Positions 23,994 through 32,968 of a stretch of 64,000 bases of DNA are shown here, piece by piece; the first letter of the stretch is position 1, and every line of letters begins with the position of its first letter. The DNA is from an uncultured delta proteobacterium (GTDB lineage: Bacteria; Myxococcota; Myxococcia; Myxococcales; Anaeromyxobacteraceae). The position numbers and the translations under genes were made by a program. The notes under the pieces were generated by a model. That model saw nothing but the letters and a program-made list of their open reading frames with translations. It made no database searches and had not been told where the DNA came from. The stretch covers positions 320,001 through 384,000 of the forward strand of contig CAWFDF010000004.1 of the NCBI GenBank assembly GCA_963814585.1, read 5' to 3'.

Positions 23994-24947
23994 CTAGCGC
24001 GCCGGGGCGCAGGCGGGCGAGCCGTCGGCGGCGGGGTCGTCGGTGAGGCGCCGCAGCTCGGCGCCGCTGGCGAGCTCGACCAGCACCAGCTCGGGGTTGC
24101 CGTGGCGGTAAGAGCGCAGCACCACCCCGGCCCCGCTGGCGGTGACGGCCGGCTCGGAGTCGCCGGGGCCCGAGACCACCCGGATCTCACCGGTGGCGAG
24201 GGACCGCGCCACCACCTCGGTGTCCGAGGTGCCGCCGATGGTGCGAGCCATGACCAGCAGCGCGCCGTCGGGCGAGATCGCCGGCTTGCCGATGATCCGC
24301 GAGCCGCTGGTGACGGCCGGCGCGGGACAGCTGCCCGGGGCCGCGGTGCAGTCGGCCGGCCGCAGCGCGTGGACCTCGTACTGGCCGGTGCGGGTGGAGA
24401 CGAAGTAGATGGTCTGGCCGTCGGGCGACCAGGCCGGGCCGGCGTTCCAGGAGGGGTCGGTGGTGAGGTTGACCGGCGTCCCGCCGGCGGCCGGGACCAG
24501 GTAGACGTCGCTGCTCGCCGTCCCCGGCACCCGGCCCTCGAAGGCGAGCCGGGCGCCGTCGGGCGACCAGGCGGGCGAGGTGGCGGAGAGCGCGCCCAGG
24601 TCGAGCGGCGCCTCGGCTCCGGTGGCCAGGTCCTGAACGCGGAGCTGCTGCGACCCGGTCCGGTCGCTGGTGTAGGCCAGCTTGCCGGTGGAGGACCAGG
24701 CGGGGAGGAGCTCCTGCGCCGGGTCGCCGGTGACGGGGCGCAGGCAGGTGCCGTCGTCGCGCATCACCAGCAGGTCGTAGCTGCCGGCGCGGCGCGAGGC
24801 GAACGCCAGCCACGGCGCCCCGTCCGACGAGATCTCGCAGGGGTCCTCGTCGGGGCAGCCGGCGAGCGCGGCGGCGAGCAGGACGGCGAGGGCTGGGAGG
24901 GTGACGCGGCGCAGGGAGGCCTCCGGCTGCGGGGAGCCGTCGAGCAT
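23994..24947 (-). CDS. TolB-like PD40 beta-propeller lipoprotein
   Basis: Lipobox LAGC; repeated PAWSPDG..AF/YF motifs. Confidence 0.85.
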   Translation of the reverse strand: MLDGSPQPEASLRRVTLPALAVLLAAALAGCPDEDPCEISSDGAPWLAFASRRAGSYDLLVMRDDGTCLRPVTGDPAQELLPAWSSTGKLAYTSDRTGSQQLRVQDLATGAEAPLDLGALSATSPAWSPDGARLAFEGRVPGTASSDVYLVPAAGGTPVNLTTDPSWNAGPAWSPDGQTIYFVSTRTGQYEVHALRPADCTAAPGSCPAPAVTSGSRIIGKPAISPDGALLVMARTIGGTSDTEVVARSLATGEIRVVSGPGDSEPAVTASGAGVVLRSYRHGNPELVLVELASGAELRRLTDDPAADGSPACAPAR

Positions 24948-25105
24948 ACACCGGGGTCGAGCGGTCCCTGCCCGTGGGTGTGGTCATCGGGCGCGTGTCC
25001 CGCGGCAAGGTGACACGGCCGCACGCCGCACGACGTCGCGGCGCTTGACGGTGGGATCGGTATCATCTCACATGCTCAGGTCGACATCGGAGAGGAGCAG
25101 GGGGG

Positions 25106-25300
25106 ATGATGGACCATCTGGACCGGAAGCCGGGGGCCCACCCCCGGGACGCGCCCGCGTCGGCGCGGCCGGTCTACCAGGCCCCGAGGTTGCTCAAGAA
25201 GGTGGCGTTCACGACTCTCACACTCTCCCCCGGTGCATCTCCGTCTGCAAGTGGATTCACTGGCAGTGGACCGCTCGCCGGCGGAATGGCGGGCAACTGA
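25106..25300 (+). CDS. 64-aa peptide, candidate RiPP precursor
   Basis: Purine-rich RBS (GGAGAGGAGCAGGGGGG). YQAPRL matches the YxxPxL leader motif. Ser/Gly/Pro/Thr-rich C-terminal half. Confidence 0.55.
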   Translation: MMDHLDRKPGAHPRDAPASARPVYQAPRLLKKVAFTTLTLSPGASPSASGFTGSGPLAGGMAGN

Positions 25301-25340
25301 CCATGGCAGCCGGCCTCTCGCCCTCGATGAGAAGACTCTC

Positions 25341-27386
25341 GTGAAGTTCCAGCGTGCCATCGCCACGACCCTGATCCTCGCTTCGTGCGTGGGCGGTCCA
25401 GCACTGGAGTCGACTCCGCAGGGCGAGGAGCGCCCCCTCCCCTCCGTGGCCATGTTCGAGGGGCAGGTCGACTCGGCAACGGGCGCGTTCGGCTTCCGGG
25501 CGCCCGGATTGGGCGAGGCCTTCCTTTCGATCGCACCGGTGGCCGGTGGGACGGCCGGGGTGAGGATGACGACCACCGACCTGGTCTGGAACGGGACCAC
25601 GTGCGGCGCCAACACCTTCGAGGGCAACGTCATGATCACCAACAACGGCGCCACGGACCTCAAGAACGTCTACGCCGAGATCCTGACCATGTCGTCGAGC
25701 GGCCCGGAGTCCTGCGCCAGCGACGCCGTGCCGCGCCCGGGCTCAAGTGCCGTCACGAGAAGTTACGGCCTCTGGGCCTATGGCAACATCCCCGCCAAGG
25801 GTTCCGTGACCAGGCCCTGGGCGTTCCCCCCCACCTCAGCCACCAGCTACACCTTCACCGGACGTATCATCACCTCGGGAGAGCCGAGCTCGATCGGCGC
25901 CGGGGCTGGCATGGGCGCCACCATCAACGACGTGCTGGCGGACTCCGACGGCTCCAGCCTCTACGTCACGGTCACCTTCAGCACGCCACCCGTCGGCAAC
26001 AAGCTCTTCGTGCTCGTGGACAACCTCGACCGTGACTCGGGGATGGCCGGTGTCGATGCCCTGACGTATGACCCGACGGGCTCGGCGGGCGCCCTATCGG
26101 CCGCGAGCCCCAACGTGCTCCTCAACGATGCCGGCGCCGACTTCGACTACTACCAGGTCGGCAGCTTCGAGAGCGGTACGCTGACTCCTGACTACGCCAA
26201 GACCATCACCGGAGCGATTTCATCGATCGATGCGGCGGCGACCGCTCTGACCCAGGACGTCGCCGCCGGCCGCTACCATTTCAAGATCCCATATGCCGCG
26301 CTCGGCGCCTCGCCCGCAGACCAGGTCAAGGTCTACGTCCTGTACGGGCAGAGCAACGAGCTTGGCCCGGGCATCCACTCGGCAGCGCCAATGGCCACTC
26401 CGCCGCAGATCACCAGGATGGACAGGAAGACCGGAAACGGCCTCACCAGCCTGGCGCCGGCCCCACCCAGGCACACGCTCTTCGGCACGCGACCTGGATG
26501 CCCGGCGCCGGTCCAGTTCGCCGCAATCGGTGACTACGGATACTCGAGTCATGGCGAGTACGGGAAGCTCGGCCCGAACGAAGCTGCGGTGGCGACCCTG
26601 GTGAAGGGCTGGCACCCCGACTTCATCATCACCGTGGGGGACAACGACTACGACTATTCCCACTACTACTACGAATGGGATGGCGTGGCGGACTTCACGA
26701 CCGACCAGAACATCGGCCAGTACTATGCCTCCTACATCGGTGACTACATCGGGGCCTTTGGCCCGGGCGCGGCGGAGAACGCCTTCTTTCCGACGCTCGG
26801 CAACCACGACCGGAAGAGTCGTGGACGCATCGACGCCAAGCAGTACTTCGACTACTTCACCCTCCCCGCCTCTCCCGGGGGCGAGCGCTACTACGACTTC
26901 GTTCGCGGCGAGGTCCACTTCTTCGCGCTCGACAGCAACTCCACCGCGGAATTCCCCACCATGCCGGACGTCATGCCGGCGCAGAGGCAGTGGCTCCAGG
27001 ACGCTCTGACCTCCGACACGACGTCTCGCTGGAAGATCGTCTACTTCCATCACCCCCCTTACACGTCCTACTCGCCGAGCTACAACAACCTGGGCATGCG
27101 ATGGCCGTTCAAGGAGTGGGGTGCGACCGCGGTCATCTCTGGCCACGCGCACAACTACGAAAGGCTCGGCGTGGCCGGCTTCCCGTACTTCGTCATCGGC
27201 ACCGGCGGTGACGATCTCTACTCGATTCAATCTCCCGGCACGAACAGCCAGGCCCATTTCGACACCGACCACGGCGCCCAGCGAATCTTCGCTGACGGCA
27301 GGCAACTGGTATTCGAGTTCATTGCCGACAACGGGACACTGCTCGATACCTGGCGCATCCCCGCCGCGAACCCCTGCACGCCCTGA
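25341..27386 (+). CDS. Lipoprotein with N-terminal beta-sandwich domains and a C-terminal metallophosphoesterase (purple acid phosphatase-like) domain
   Basis: LILASC lipobox; GDYG, GDNDY, GNHD, FHHPP, SGHAHNYE motifs; visibly lower GC than the flanks. Confidence 0.85.
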   Translation: MKFQRAIATTLILASCVGGPALESTPQGEERPLPSVAMFEGQVDSATGAFGFRAPGLGEAFLSIAPVAGGTAGVRMTTTDLVWNGTTCGANTFEGNVMITNNGATDLKNVYAEILTMSSSGPESCASDAVPRPGSSAVTRSYGLWAYGNIPAKGSVTRPWAFPPTSATSYTFTGRIITSGEPSSIGAGAGMGATINDVLADSDGSSLYVTVTFSTPPVGNKLFVLVDNLDRDSGMAGVDALTYDPTGSAGALSAASPNVLLNDAGADFDYYQVGSFESGTLTPDYAKTITGAISSIDAAATALTQDVAAGRYHFKIPYAALGASPADQVKVYVLYGQSNELGPGIHSAAPMATPPQITRMDRKTGNGLTSLAPAPPRHTLFGTRPGCPAPVQFAAIGDYGYSSHGEYGKLGPNEAAVATLVKGWHPDFIITVGDNDYDYSHYYYEWDGVADFTTDQNIGQYYASYIGDYIGAFGPGAAENAFFPTLGNHDRKSRGRIDAKQYFDYFTLPASPGGERYYDFVRGEVHFFALDSNSTAEFPTMPDVMPAQRQWLQDALTSDTTSRWKIVYFHHPPYTSYSPSYNNLGMRWPFKEWGATAVISGHAHNYERLGVAGFPYFVIGTGGDDLYSIQSPGTNSQAHFDTDHGAQRIFADGRQLVFEFIADNGTLLDTWRIPAANPCTP

Positions 27387-27586
27387 CCCTTCTCCCGGTC
27401 AGACCGCTCCGGTGTAGACGATGCTGGTGCGGTCACTCCCGCCATCACGGCGGCAGGGTACACGTACTCAAAGTGACTACTGACGTCAGAAGTGGCAGCG
27501 CCTCACCCCGTCTGGGGCGTCCCGTCGCGGCCTGCTCACCGGAACAGCGGCCTCACCGCCGCCGCCGCCGCCGCCCTGCCCCGCTC

Positions 27587-27760
27587 CTACTTCGGCCCCG
27601 GCGGCCGCAGGCCGCAGGAGTCACCGCTCGAGTCGTCTTCGGCGCCGCCCGGGCGCCGTCGTGGCCGGCCTCAGGTGGGCACCCCGAACCAGGGGAGCAC
27701 CACGTGCTGGAGCAGCAGCCAGCCGGCCAGCATGAGGAGGACGCTCGGGATGTCATTCAT
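27587..27760 (-). CDS. Small membrane protein: 29 aa to UGA, or 57 aa if UGA is read as selenocysteine
   Basis: MNDIPSVLLMLAGWLLLQHVVLPWFGVPT-TGA-GRPRRRPGGAEDDSSGDSCGLRPPGPK-TAG. GAGGT RBS. Hairpin immediately after the UGA. Confidence 0.5.
27640..27658 (-). promoter_or_regulatory. SECIS-like hairpin
   Basis: CGGCGCC-CGGGC-GGCGCCG: 7-bp stem, with a G-containing apical loop 20-24 nt downstream of the UGA at 27673-27671. Confidence 0.4.
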
Positions 27761-27825
27761 CGGTTTGGTGACCTCGTAAGGTGAGAGCCAGGCCCGGCCC
27801 GGAGGGTTCGCCGGGCGCCGGCCAG

Positions 27826-29631
27826 CTAGAAGTCGATGTGGAACTGGGCGGCCGCCTGGTCCTGCCAGTCGCGGATGGCCCGGAACGAGTCCTTGACCCG
27901 GCTGCGCTCGATGGCGTTGAGCGAGGCCAGCGGGACCTTGTTGGTGACCGGCTTCCCGGCCGCGGTCATGTTCAGCTGCAGGCGGAGCCGAAGGCCGAGC
28001 AGGAAGCGGTAGGCCTCGGTCATGGTGACCAGCGCGTCCTCCTCGAGCAGGCCGGCCCGCCGGGCCGCCTCGAGCCGGCCGATGGTGCCCCGGGCCTGGC
28101 TGCCCGCCTCCAGGGCGAAGCGCCGGGCCAGGCCGACCACCGGGCTGATGCCGTTGGCCTTCAGGTCGATGGTCGAGGTGGCGCCGCGGAGCTTCATCAG
28201 CAGCAGCGGCGGCGGCCGGAAGGCGAGCGCGTCCTTGGCGAGCAGGCGCAGGAAGACCGGCTTGTTGGCGGAGGCGGCGATGAGGTCGTCGAGCACCTGC
28301 AGGTCGAGGTCGCCGCCGACCTTGCGGAAGTCGAAGAAGATGGAGGACACCAGCAGCGCCTGCGGCGTGGGCACGTCGGTCCAGCCCGTGAAGCGCTGGG
28401 TCCACTCGGTCAGCGTCCCGTGCCAGCTCTTCGCCATGTACCCGCCGGGGCAGCGCGGGAAGCCGGCCTTCTCCAGGTCGCCGTTGACCTTCTCGGCGAA
28501 GGTCTGGAACCAGTCGCGGTGGCCGCCCCCCTCGTCGGCGTAGATCAGGGCGTTGTCCTGGTCGGTGAGGAGGGTCTGCTCCATGCGCCCCTCCGACCCG
28601 AAGACCAGCCAGGCGTAGGGGGCGGGGGGCGCGCCCATGTCCTCCACGGCCCAGTGCAGCAGGCGCCGCAACAGCGCGTCGTTGAGCCGGGCCACCAGGC
28701 CGGCGATGGCCATGGGGTCGAGGCCGCCGGCCAGCAGCGCCGCCACCATCTCGGTGACCCGCTTGGCGTAGCCCCCCAGGCTGGCGCGCGAGGCCAGCCG
28801 CTCCACGCTCCGCAGCACCGCCACCGGCCCCTGGGCGGTGCTCCGCAAGATGTCGGTTGAGGTCAGCACGCCCACCACCGCGCCGTCCCGGGTGACCGGG
28901 AGGTGGTGCACCCGGGCGTCGAGCAGCACGTTCCAGACCTCGTAGATGGGCGTCTCGGCGTCCACGGTCAGCAGCGGCCTGGAGAAGACCCGGGTCACCG
29001 GCACCTCGGAGCCGAGCCCGCCGGCCAGCACCCGGTTGCGGAAGTCCCGGTCGGTGACGATCCCGGGCGGCTCGGAGCGGACCAGCACCGAGGAGATGCT
29101 GGCCGCGCTCATCAGCCTGGCGGCCTCGGCCACGGTGGCGCCGGGCTCGACCCAGACCGGCGGGCCGCGCAGCAGCTGGCCCACCTCCATGGCCATGTCG
29201 GGCTGGAAGGTGGCCACCGGCGAGTGCTCCAGGCTGGCCTTGAGCCGCTCGGAGAGCTGCTCGGTGAAGTGGCTGGCGAACCGGGCGTCGGCGAGCAGCT
29301 TCTTGAAGTGCTCGGCGGGGATCCGGTAGGCGAGCAGGTCCTCGTCCACGAAGACGTCCAGCGTGGCCTTCTCGGTGATCAGCGAGGTGAAGCCGAAGGC
29401 CTCCCCCTCCTCGAGGACCTGGAGCGTCCGCCCGTCGCGCTCGATGTGGACCGCGCCCTTGCGGATGACATAGAGGTGCCTGAGCGGGTCGCCCCCGACC
29501 TTGCCGAGCTGCGTCCCGGCCGGGAACAGCCCGACCTCGAGGCCGCGCGCCACCTCCTCGAAGAGCGTCGGCGGCAGGGCGTGGAACGGGGGGATGCCCC
29601 GCAGGTACGCCACGGGATCGATGGTCGGCAC
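27826..29631 (-). CDS. cNMP-binding, CBS-pair and DUF294 (GlnD-like) nucleotidyltransferase protein
   Basis: LYVIRKGAV..GEAFG (cNMP), GIVTDRDFR and HHLPV (CBS), FGSEGRMEQTLLTDQDNA (GS..DxD), IFFDFR, IDLK. Confidence 0.92.
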   Translation of the reverse strand: MPTIDPVAYLRGIPPFHALPPTLFEEVARGLEVGLFPAGTQLGKVGGDPLRHLYVIRKGAVHIERDGRTLQVLEEGEAFGFTSLITEKATLDVFVDEDLLAYRIPAEHFKKLLADARFASHFTEQLSERLKASLEHSPVATFQPDMAMEVGQLLRGPPVWVEPGATVAEAARLMSAASISSVLVRSEPPGIVTDRDFRNRVLAGGLGSEVPVTRVFSRPLLTVDAETPIYEVWNVLLDARVHHLPVTRDGAVVGVLTSTDILRSTAQGPVAVLRSVERLASRASLGGYAKRVTEMVAALLAGGLDPMAIAGLVARLNDALLRRLLHWAVEDMGAPPAPYAWLVFGSEGRMEQTLLTDQDNALIYADEGGGHRDWFQTFAEKVNGDLEKAGFPRCPGGYMAKSWHGTLTEWTQRFTGWTDVPTPQALLVSSIFFDFRKVGGDLDLQVLDDLIAASANKPVFLRLLAKDALAFRPPPLLLMKLRGATSTIDLKANGISPVVGLARRFALEAGSQARGTIGRLEAARRAGLLEEDALVTMTEAYRFLLGLRLRLQLNMTAAGKPVTNKVPLASLNAIERSRVKDSFRAIRDWQDQAAAQFHIDF

Positions 29632-29686
29632 GTCTCGACGTTACCACGCGGCCGCGCCCCCGGGAGGGAGCGCGGCCCGGAGCGGC

Positions 29687-30115
29687 CTACCCGGCCTCGT
29701 GGATGATCTTCTGCAGGTCCTGCTCCATCGCGGGCGACCCGACCACCACCACCTTCTTGCCTCCGATGAGGTGATCGAAGCGCGGCTCGTCCTTGTGCCT
29801 GGTCCAGGCGTCACCGAGGTGGCCGGAGATGGTCTTCATCTGCCGGTCGCTGAGCGCCTTGGCCTTCATGAGCGTCTTGAAGTTGTGCTCCTCGTTCCCC
29901 TCGAACCAGACCACGCCGAAGGTCTCCGGGGGGCTGCCGATGTAGACGTAGGTGGCCTTGTCGCCCGGGATGATCTCCATGGCGCCGTGGACCTTCTTCA
30001 CGAATTCCTCGAGCACGGCGGCGCTCTTGGCCAGCCGGACCGCGCCCGGCGAGGCGGGGTCGAGCGGCGGGTACTTCGGCTTCTCGGTACCAAACAGCTT
30101 GCCCAGGAATCCCAT
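29687..30115 (-). CDS. Hypothetical protein (142 aa)
   Basis: AAGGAG RBS, MGFLGKLFG amphipathic start, high-GC3 codon pattern. Confidence 0.75.
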   Translation of the reverse strand: MGFLGKLFGTEKPKYPPLDPASPGAVRLAKSAAVLEEFVKKVHGAMEIIPGDKATYVYIGSPPETFGVVWFEGNEEHNFKTLMKAKALSDRQMKTISGHLGDAWTRHKDEPRFDHLIGGKKVVVVGSPAMEQDLQKIIHEAG

Positions 30116-30185
30116 GAGTTCGCTCCTTGCTGGTTCAGCTCCGATGGACCACGCTCGACTCCAGCTCGACCTCGGGTCCCTCCAA

Positions 30186-30270
30186 AGCAAAAGGGCCGCC
30201 CTGAAGGAACTTCCCTTCAGGCAGCGGCCCGGCTGCCCAGTTGCCTCCGGGGGAGCACCCCGGACCCGGT
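30186..30270 (-). ncRNA. Riboswitch-like leader: aptamer-like hairpin overlapping an intrinsic terminator; possibly the Na+/Li+ (DUF1646 or nhaA-I) class
   Basis: GGUCCGG-GG-UGCUC...GGGCA-G-CCGGGCC hairpin. Its 3' GGGCC is also the 5' arm of GGGCCGC..CUGAAGG..CCUUCAG..GCGGCCC-UUUUGCUUU. Confidence 0.55.
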
Positions 30271-30274
30271 TGTC

Positions 30275-30303
30275 ATCATTTGCTTCCTGTGCCTACCCGT
30301 CAA
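30275..30303 (-). promoter_or_regulatory. Sigma-70-type promoter preceding the riboswitch-like leader
   Basis: TTGACG-N17-AATGAT. The predicted start falls just before the aptamer-like stem. Confidence 0.5.
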
Positions 30304-30324
30304 CCCCTTCTCGCCCGGCCGGGC

Positions 30325-30621
30325 TCACTGCCCGAGAACCGGGACGACGGCCGGCTGCGCCAGCCGGTGCAGCGCGATGAGCAGCATCCAGGCCAGCGCC
30401 ACGGCCAGGAAGGACATGCGGAAGACGCGCTCCTTCGGCGTCCCCGGCTTCATGCGCTTCGCCACCAGCCAGGTGACCGGCGAGCAGACGATGTGGAAGA
30501 AGTACCTCAGCTTGCTCTCGGGCGAACTGCGCCGCTCCACCAGCCAGCCGAGGCCGACGTAGACCAGCACCATGAACGCCAGCAGCCGGAGCAGCGTGAG
30601 GACGTTGTAGAGCTGCGACAT
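30325..30621 (-). CDS. Small membrane protein (2 TM)
   Basis: 98-aa ORF with two hydrophobic helices, downstream of the symporter. Confidence 0.7.
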   Translation of the reverse strand: MSQLYNVLTLLRLLAFMVLVYVGLGWLVERRSSPESKLRYFFHIVCSPVTWLVAKRMKPGTPKERVFRMSFLAVALAWMLLIALHRLAQPAVVPVLGQ

Positions 30622-30640
30622 CTAACGGAGGAAGCGGCAA

Positions 30641-30669
30641 GCGGGGTGGAGGGAGGCCCTCCACCCCGC
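30641..30669 (-). terminator. 13-bp perfect stem-loop after the symporter gene
   Basis: GCGGGGTGGAGGG-AGG-CCCTCCACCCCGC directly after stop 30681. Confidence 0.6.
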
Positions 30670-30680
30670 GAGCGCGGATC

Positions 30681-32585
30681 CTAGTGACCAGCGTTGATGG
30701 CAGCCGAGGCGCCACCCGTCTTCGGGTAGCGGACGGAGACCACCAGATCCTGGATCTCCTGCGGCGGCGGGGCCGTCATCAGGGAGACGATCCAGATGGT
30801 GAGGAACCCGAGCGGGATGCCGAAGACGCCCGAGGCCACCGTGTTGGTGTTGAACCAGAACATCCCGAAGAACCGGCTCCCGACCATGTAGAACAGCGTG
30901 GTCAGGAGGCCGACCAGCATGCCGGCCACGGCGCCAGCCCTGTTGGCCCGCTTCCACCAGATGCCCATGACGAGCGCCGGGAAGAAGGAGGCGGCGCCGA
31001 GGCTGAAGGCCCAGGCCACCAGCTCCACGATGATCGCCATGCGGGCCGTCGCCACCCATGCGGCGATGAGCGCGACCGTGACCAGCAGGACCTTGGTGAT
31101 GGTGAGCCGCTTGATCAGCGAGGCCTTGGGGTTGATGACGTTGAAGTACAGGTCGTGGGAGATGGCGTTGGCGATGGTGAGCAGCAGGCCGTCGGCGGTG
31201 GAGAGGGCGGCGGCCAGGCCGCCGGCCATGACCAGGCCGGTGATGACGAACGGCAGGCCGGCGATCTCCGGGGTCGCGAGCACCACGAAGTCGGTGCTCT
31301 TCACCACGAAGTCGGCGTACTGCACCACCCCGTCACCCAGCTTGTCGACCACGCTGAAGAGGCCGGCCGGCGCCCAGAGGTTGATCCAGGCCGGCAGGCT
31401 CGACACGCTCTGGCCCACCAGGCCCGAGTAGACGGCGTCACGGGCGAAGGCCGCGTAGGCCGGCGCCGTGAAGTAGAGCAGGAAGATGAAGAAGAGCGAC
31501 CAGCCCACCGAGGTCCGGGCTTCGCGCACCGACGGCGTGGTGTAGTAGCGGGTCAGGATGTGCGGCAGCCCGGCGGTTCCGACCATGAGGCAGAAGGTCA
31601 GGGCCAGGAAGTTCCACATCCCCTTGCCGGTCGGCACGGTGAGGTAGTTGCCCCACTTGGCGCCCGGCTTGGACAGCGGCGTGGACTGCCTGACGGCCAC
31701 GGCCTTGGCAGCCTTGAGCTTGTCGGCCTCGTCGGCGGCCAGTCCGGGGGCCTTGAGCTTCTCGTCGATCTCCTTGGCCTCGGCCGCCCACTTCTCGCGG
31801 GTGGCGATCTCGCCCGGGTCATTGGTGAGCTGGATGGCGCGGGTGTTGTTCTTCTGGAGCAGCTGGCCGTAGGTGAGCTGCGGGACCGGGAGGACGAAGA
31901 GCTTGAACGACAGCACCACCACCGGGACGAGGTAGGACGTGATGAGGATGATGTACTGGGCCACCTGCGTCCAGGTCACCGCCTTCATGCCGCCGAGCAC
32001 CGAGCAGAAGAGCACGCCGATCAGGCCGGCGAAGACGCCGACGTTGAAGTCGAGGCCGATGAAGCGGGAGACGATCAGGCCGACGCCGGTCACCTGGGCG
32101 ATGAGGTAGGTGAAGGAGGCCAGGATGGCCGCCACGATGCCGATGATGCGGGCCGCGTGGCCCTGGTAGCGGGCGCCGAGGAAGTCCGGGATGGTGTAGG
32201 CGCCGAACTGGCGGAGGTACGGGCCGAGGAAGACGGCCAGCAGCAGGTAGCCGCCGGTCCAGCCCATCACGTAGGCCAGGCCGCTGAAGCCCTGCGCCGA
32301 GAGGGCGCCGGCCATGGAGATGAAGGAGGCCGCCGACATCCAGTCCGACCCGGTGGCCATGCCGTTGTAGATGGCGGGGACGCCTCGGCCGGCCACGTAG
32401 TACTGGTCGGCGTCGGAGGTCCGGGTGACGATGCCGATGATCATGTAGATGCCCATCGACAGGGCCATGAAGATCCAGCCGATCCACCGGTTGGAGAGGC
32501 CGAAGACCTGCTCGGCGATGCCGATCAGGGCCGTGACGGCGATGAAGCCAACAGTGTAGGCCGTGAAGAGTTTCTTGAGGTTCAT
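30681..32585 (-). CDS. Sodium:solute symporter (ActP-like monocarboxylate permease)
   Basis: YYVAGR, NGMATGSDWMSAASF, GWTGGY, GTAGLPHIL, AAALST. Confidence 0.93.
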   Translation of the reverse strand: MNLKKLFTAYTVGFIAVTALIGIAEQVFGLSNRWIGWIFMALSMGIYMIIGIVTRTSDADQYYVAGRGVPAIYNGMATGSDWMSAASFISMAGALSAQGFSGLAYVMGWTGGYLLLAVFLGPYLRQFGAYTIPDFLGARYQGHAARIIGIVAAILASFTYLIAQVTGVGLIVSRFIGLDFNVGVFAGLIGVLFCSVLGGMKAVTWTQVAQYIILITSYLVPVVVLSFKLFVLPVPQLTYGQLLQKNNTRAIQLTNDPGEIATREKWAAEAKEIDEKLKAPGLAADEADKLKAAKAVAVRQSTPLSKPGAKWGNYLTVPTGKGMWNFLALTFCLMVGTAGLPHILTRYYTTPSVREARTSVGWSLFFIFLLYFTAPAYAAFARDAVYSGLVGQSVSSLPAWINLWAPAGLFSVVDKLGDGVVQYADFVVKSTDFVVLATPEIAGLPFVITGLVMAGGLAAALSTADGLLLTIANAISHDLYFNVINPKASLIKRLTITKVLLVTVALIAAWVATARMAIIVELVAWAFSLGAASFFPALVMGIWWKRANRAGAVAGMLVGLLTTLFYMVGSRFFGMFWFNTNTVASGVFGIPLGFLTIWIVSLMTAPPPQEIQDLVVSVRYPKTGGASAAINAGH

Positions 32586-32587
32586 GG

Positions 32588-32857
32588 TCAGGCGTCCTCT
32601 CGAATGCCGACTTCGAGGTCCTTGGCGTTCATGAGCTTGGCGTAGACGGCGATCTCGACGACGAAGACGGCGAGCGAGCCCTGGGCGGCGATCCAGTAGC
32701 CGAGCGGGAACCCGGCGATGATGATCTCGTTGAGATTTGCGGCGAACAGGCCGCCGAGAAGGTAAGTCACCACGAACCAGATCACGAGCAGGATCGTCGT
32801 GAGCTTGAGGTTGTAGGACCAGTACGCGTCTTTCTGCTGCTGGGTGAGGTCAGACAT
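32588..32857 (-). CDS. DUF4212 small membrane subunit of the symporter
   Basis: YW..NL, GFPLGYWIAAQGS; directly upstream of the symporter. Confidence 0.88.
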   Translation of the reverse strand: MSDLTQQQKDAYWSYNLKLTTILLVIWFVVTYLLGGLFAANLNEIIIAGFPLGYWIAAQGSLAVFVVEIAVYAKLMNAKDLEVGIREDA

Positions 32858-32968
32858 AGGTCTCCGTCTGGTTCGAGTGGCTGGGACAGCGGCGGGGGGC
32901 CATGGAGCTAGAAGAGTTCGCGTTCGTCGAGCGTGTGCCTGGAAAGGCCTTGCGGTTGAGGAGCGATT

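Noticed and set aside
25106..25300. Classical lasso peptide
   Set aside because: The leader motif fits, but the core has no Asp/Glu for the macrolactam and no cyclase or peptidase gene is nearby. Kept only as a generic RiPP candidate.
27555..27576. (GCC)n run
   Set aside because: Short low-complexity tract in intergenic GC-rich DNA, with no evidence of function.
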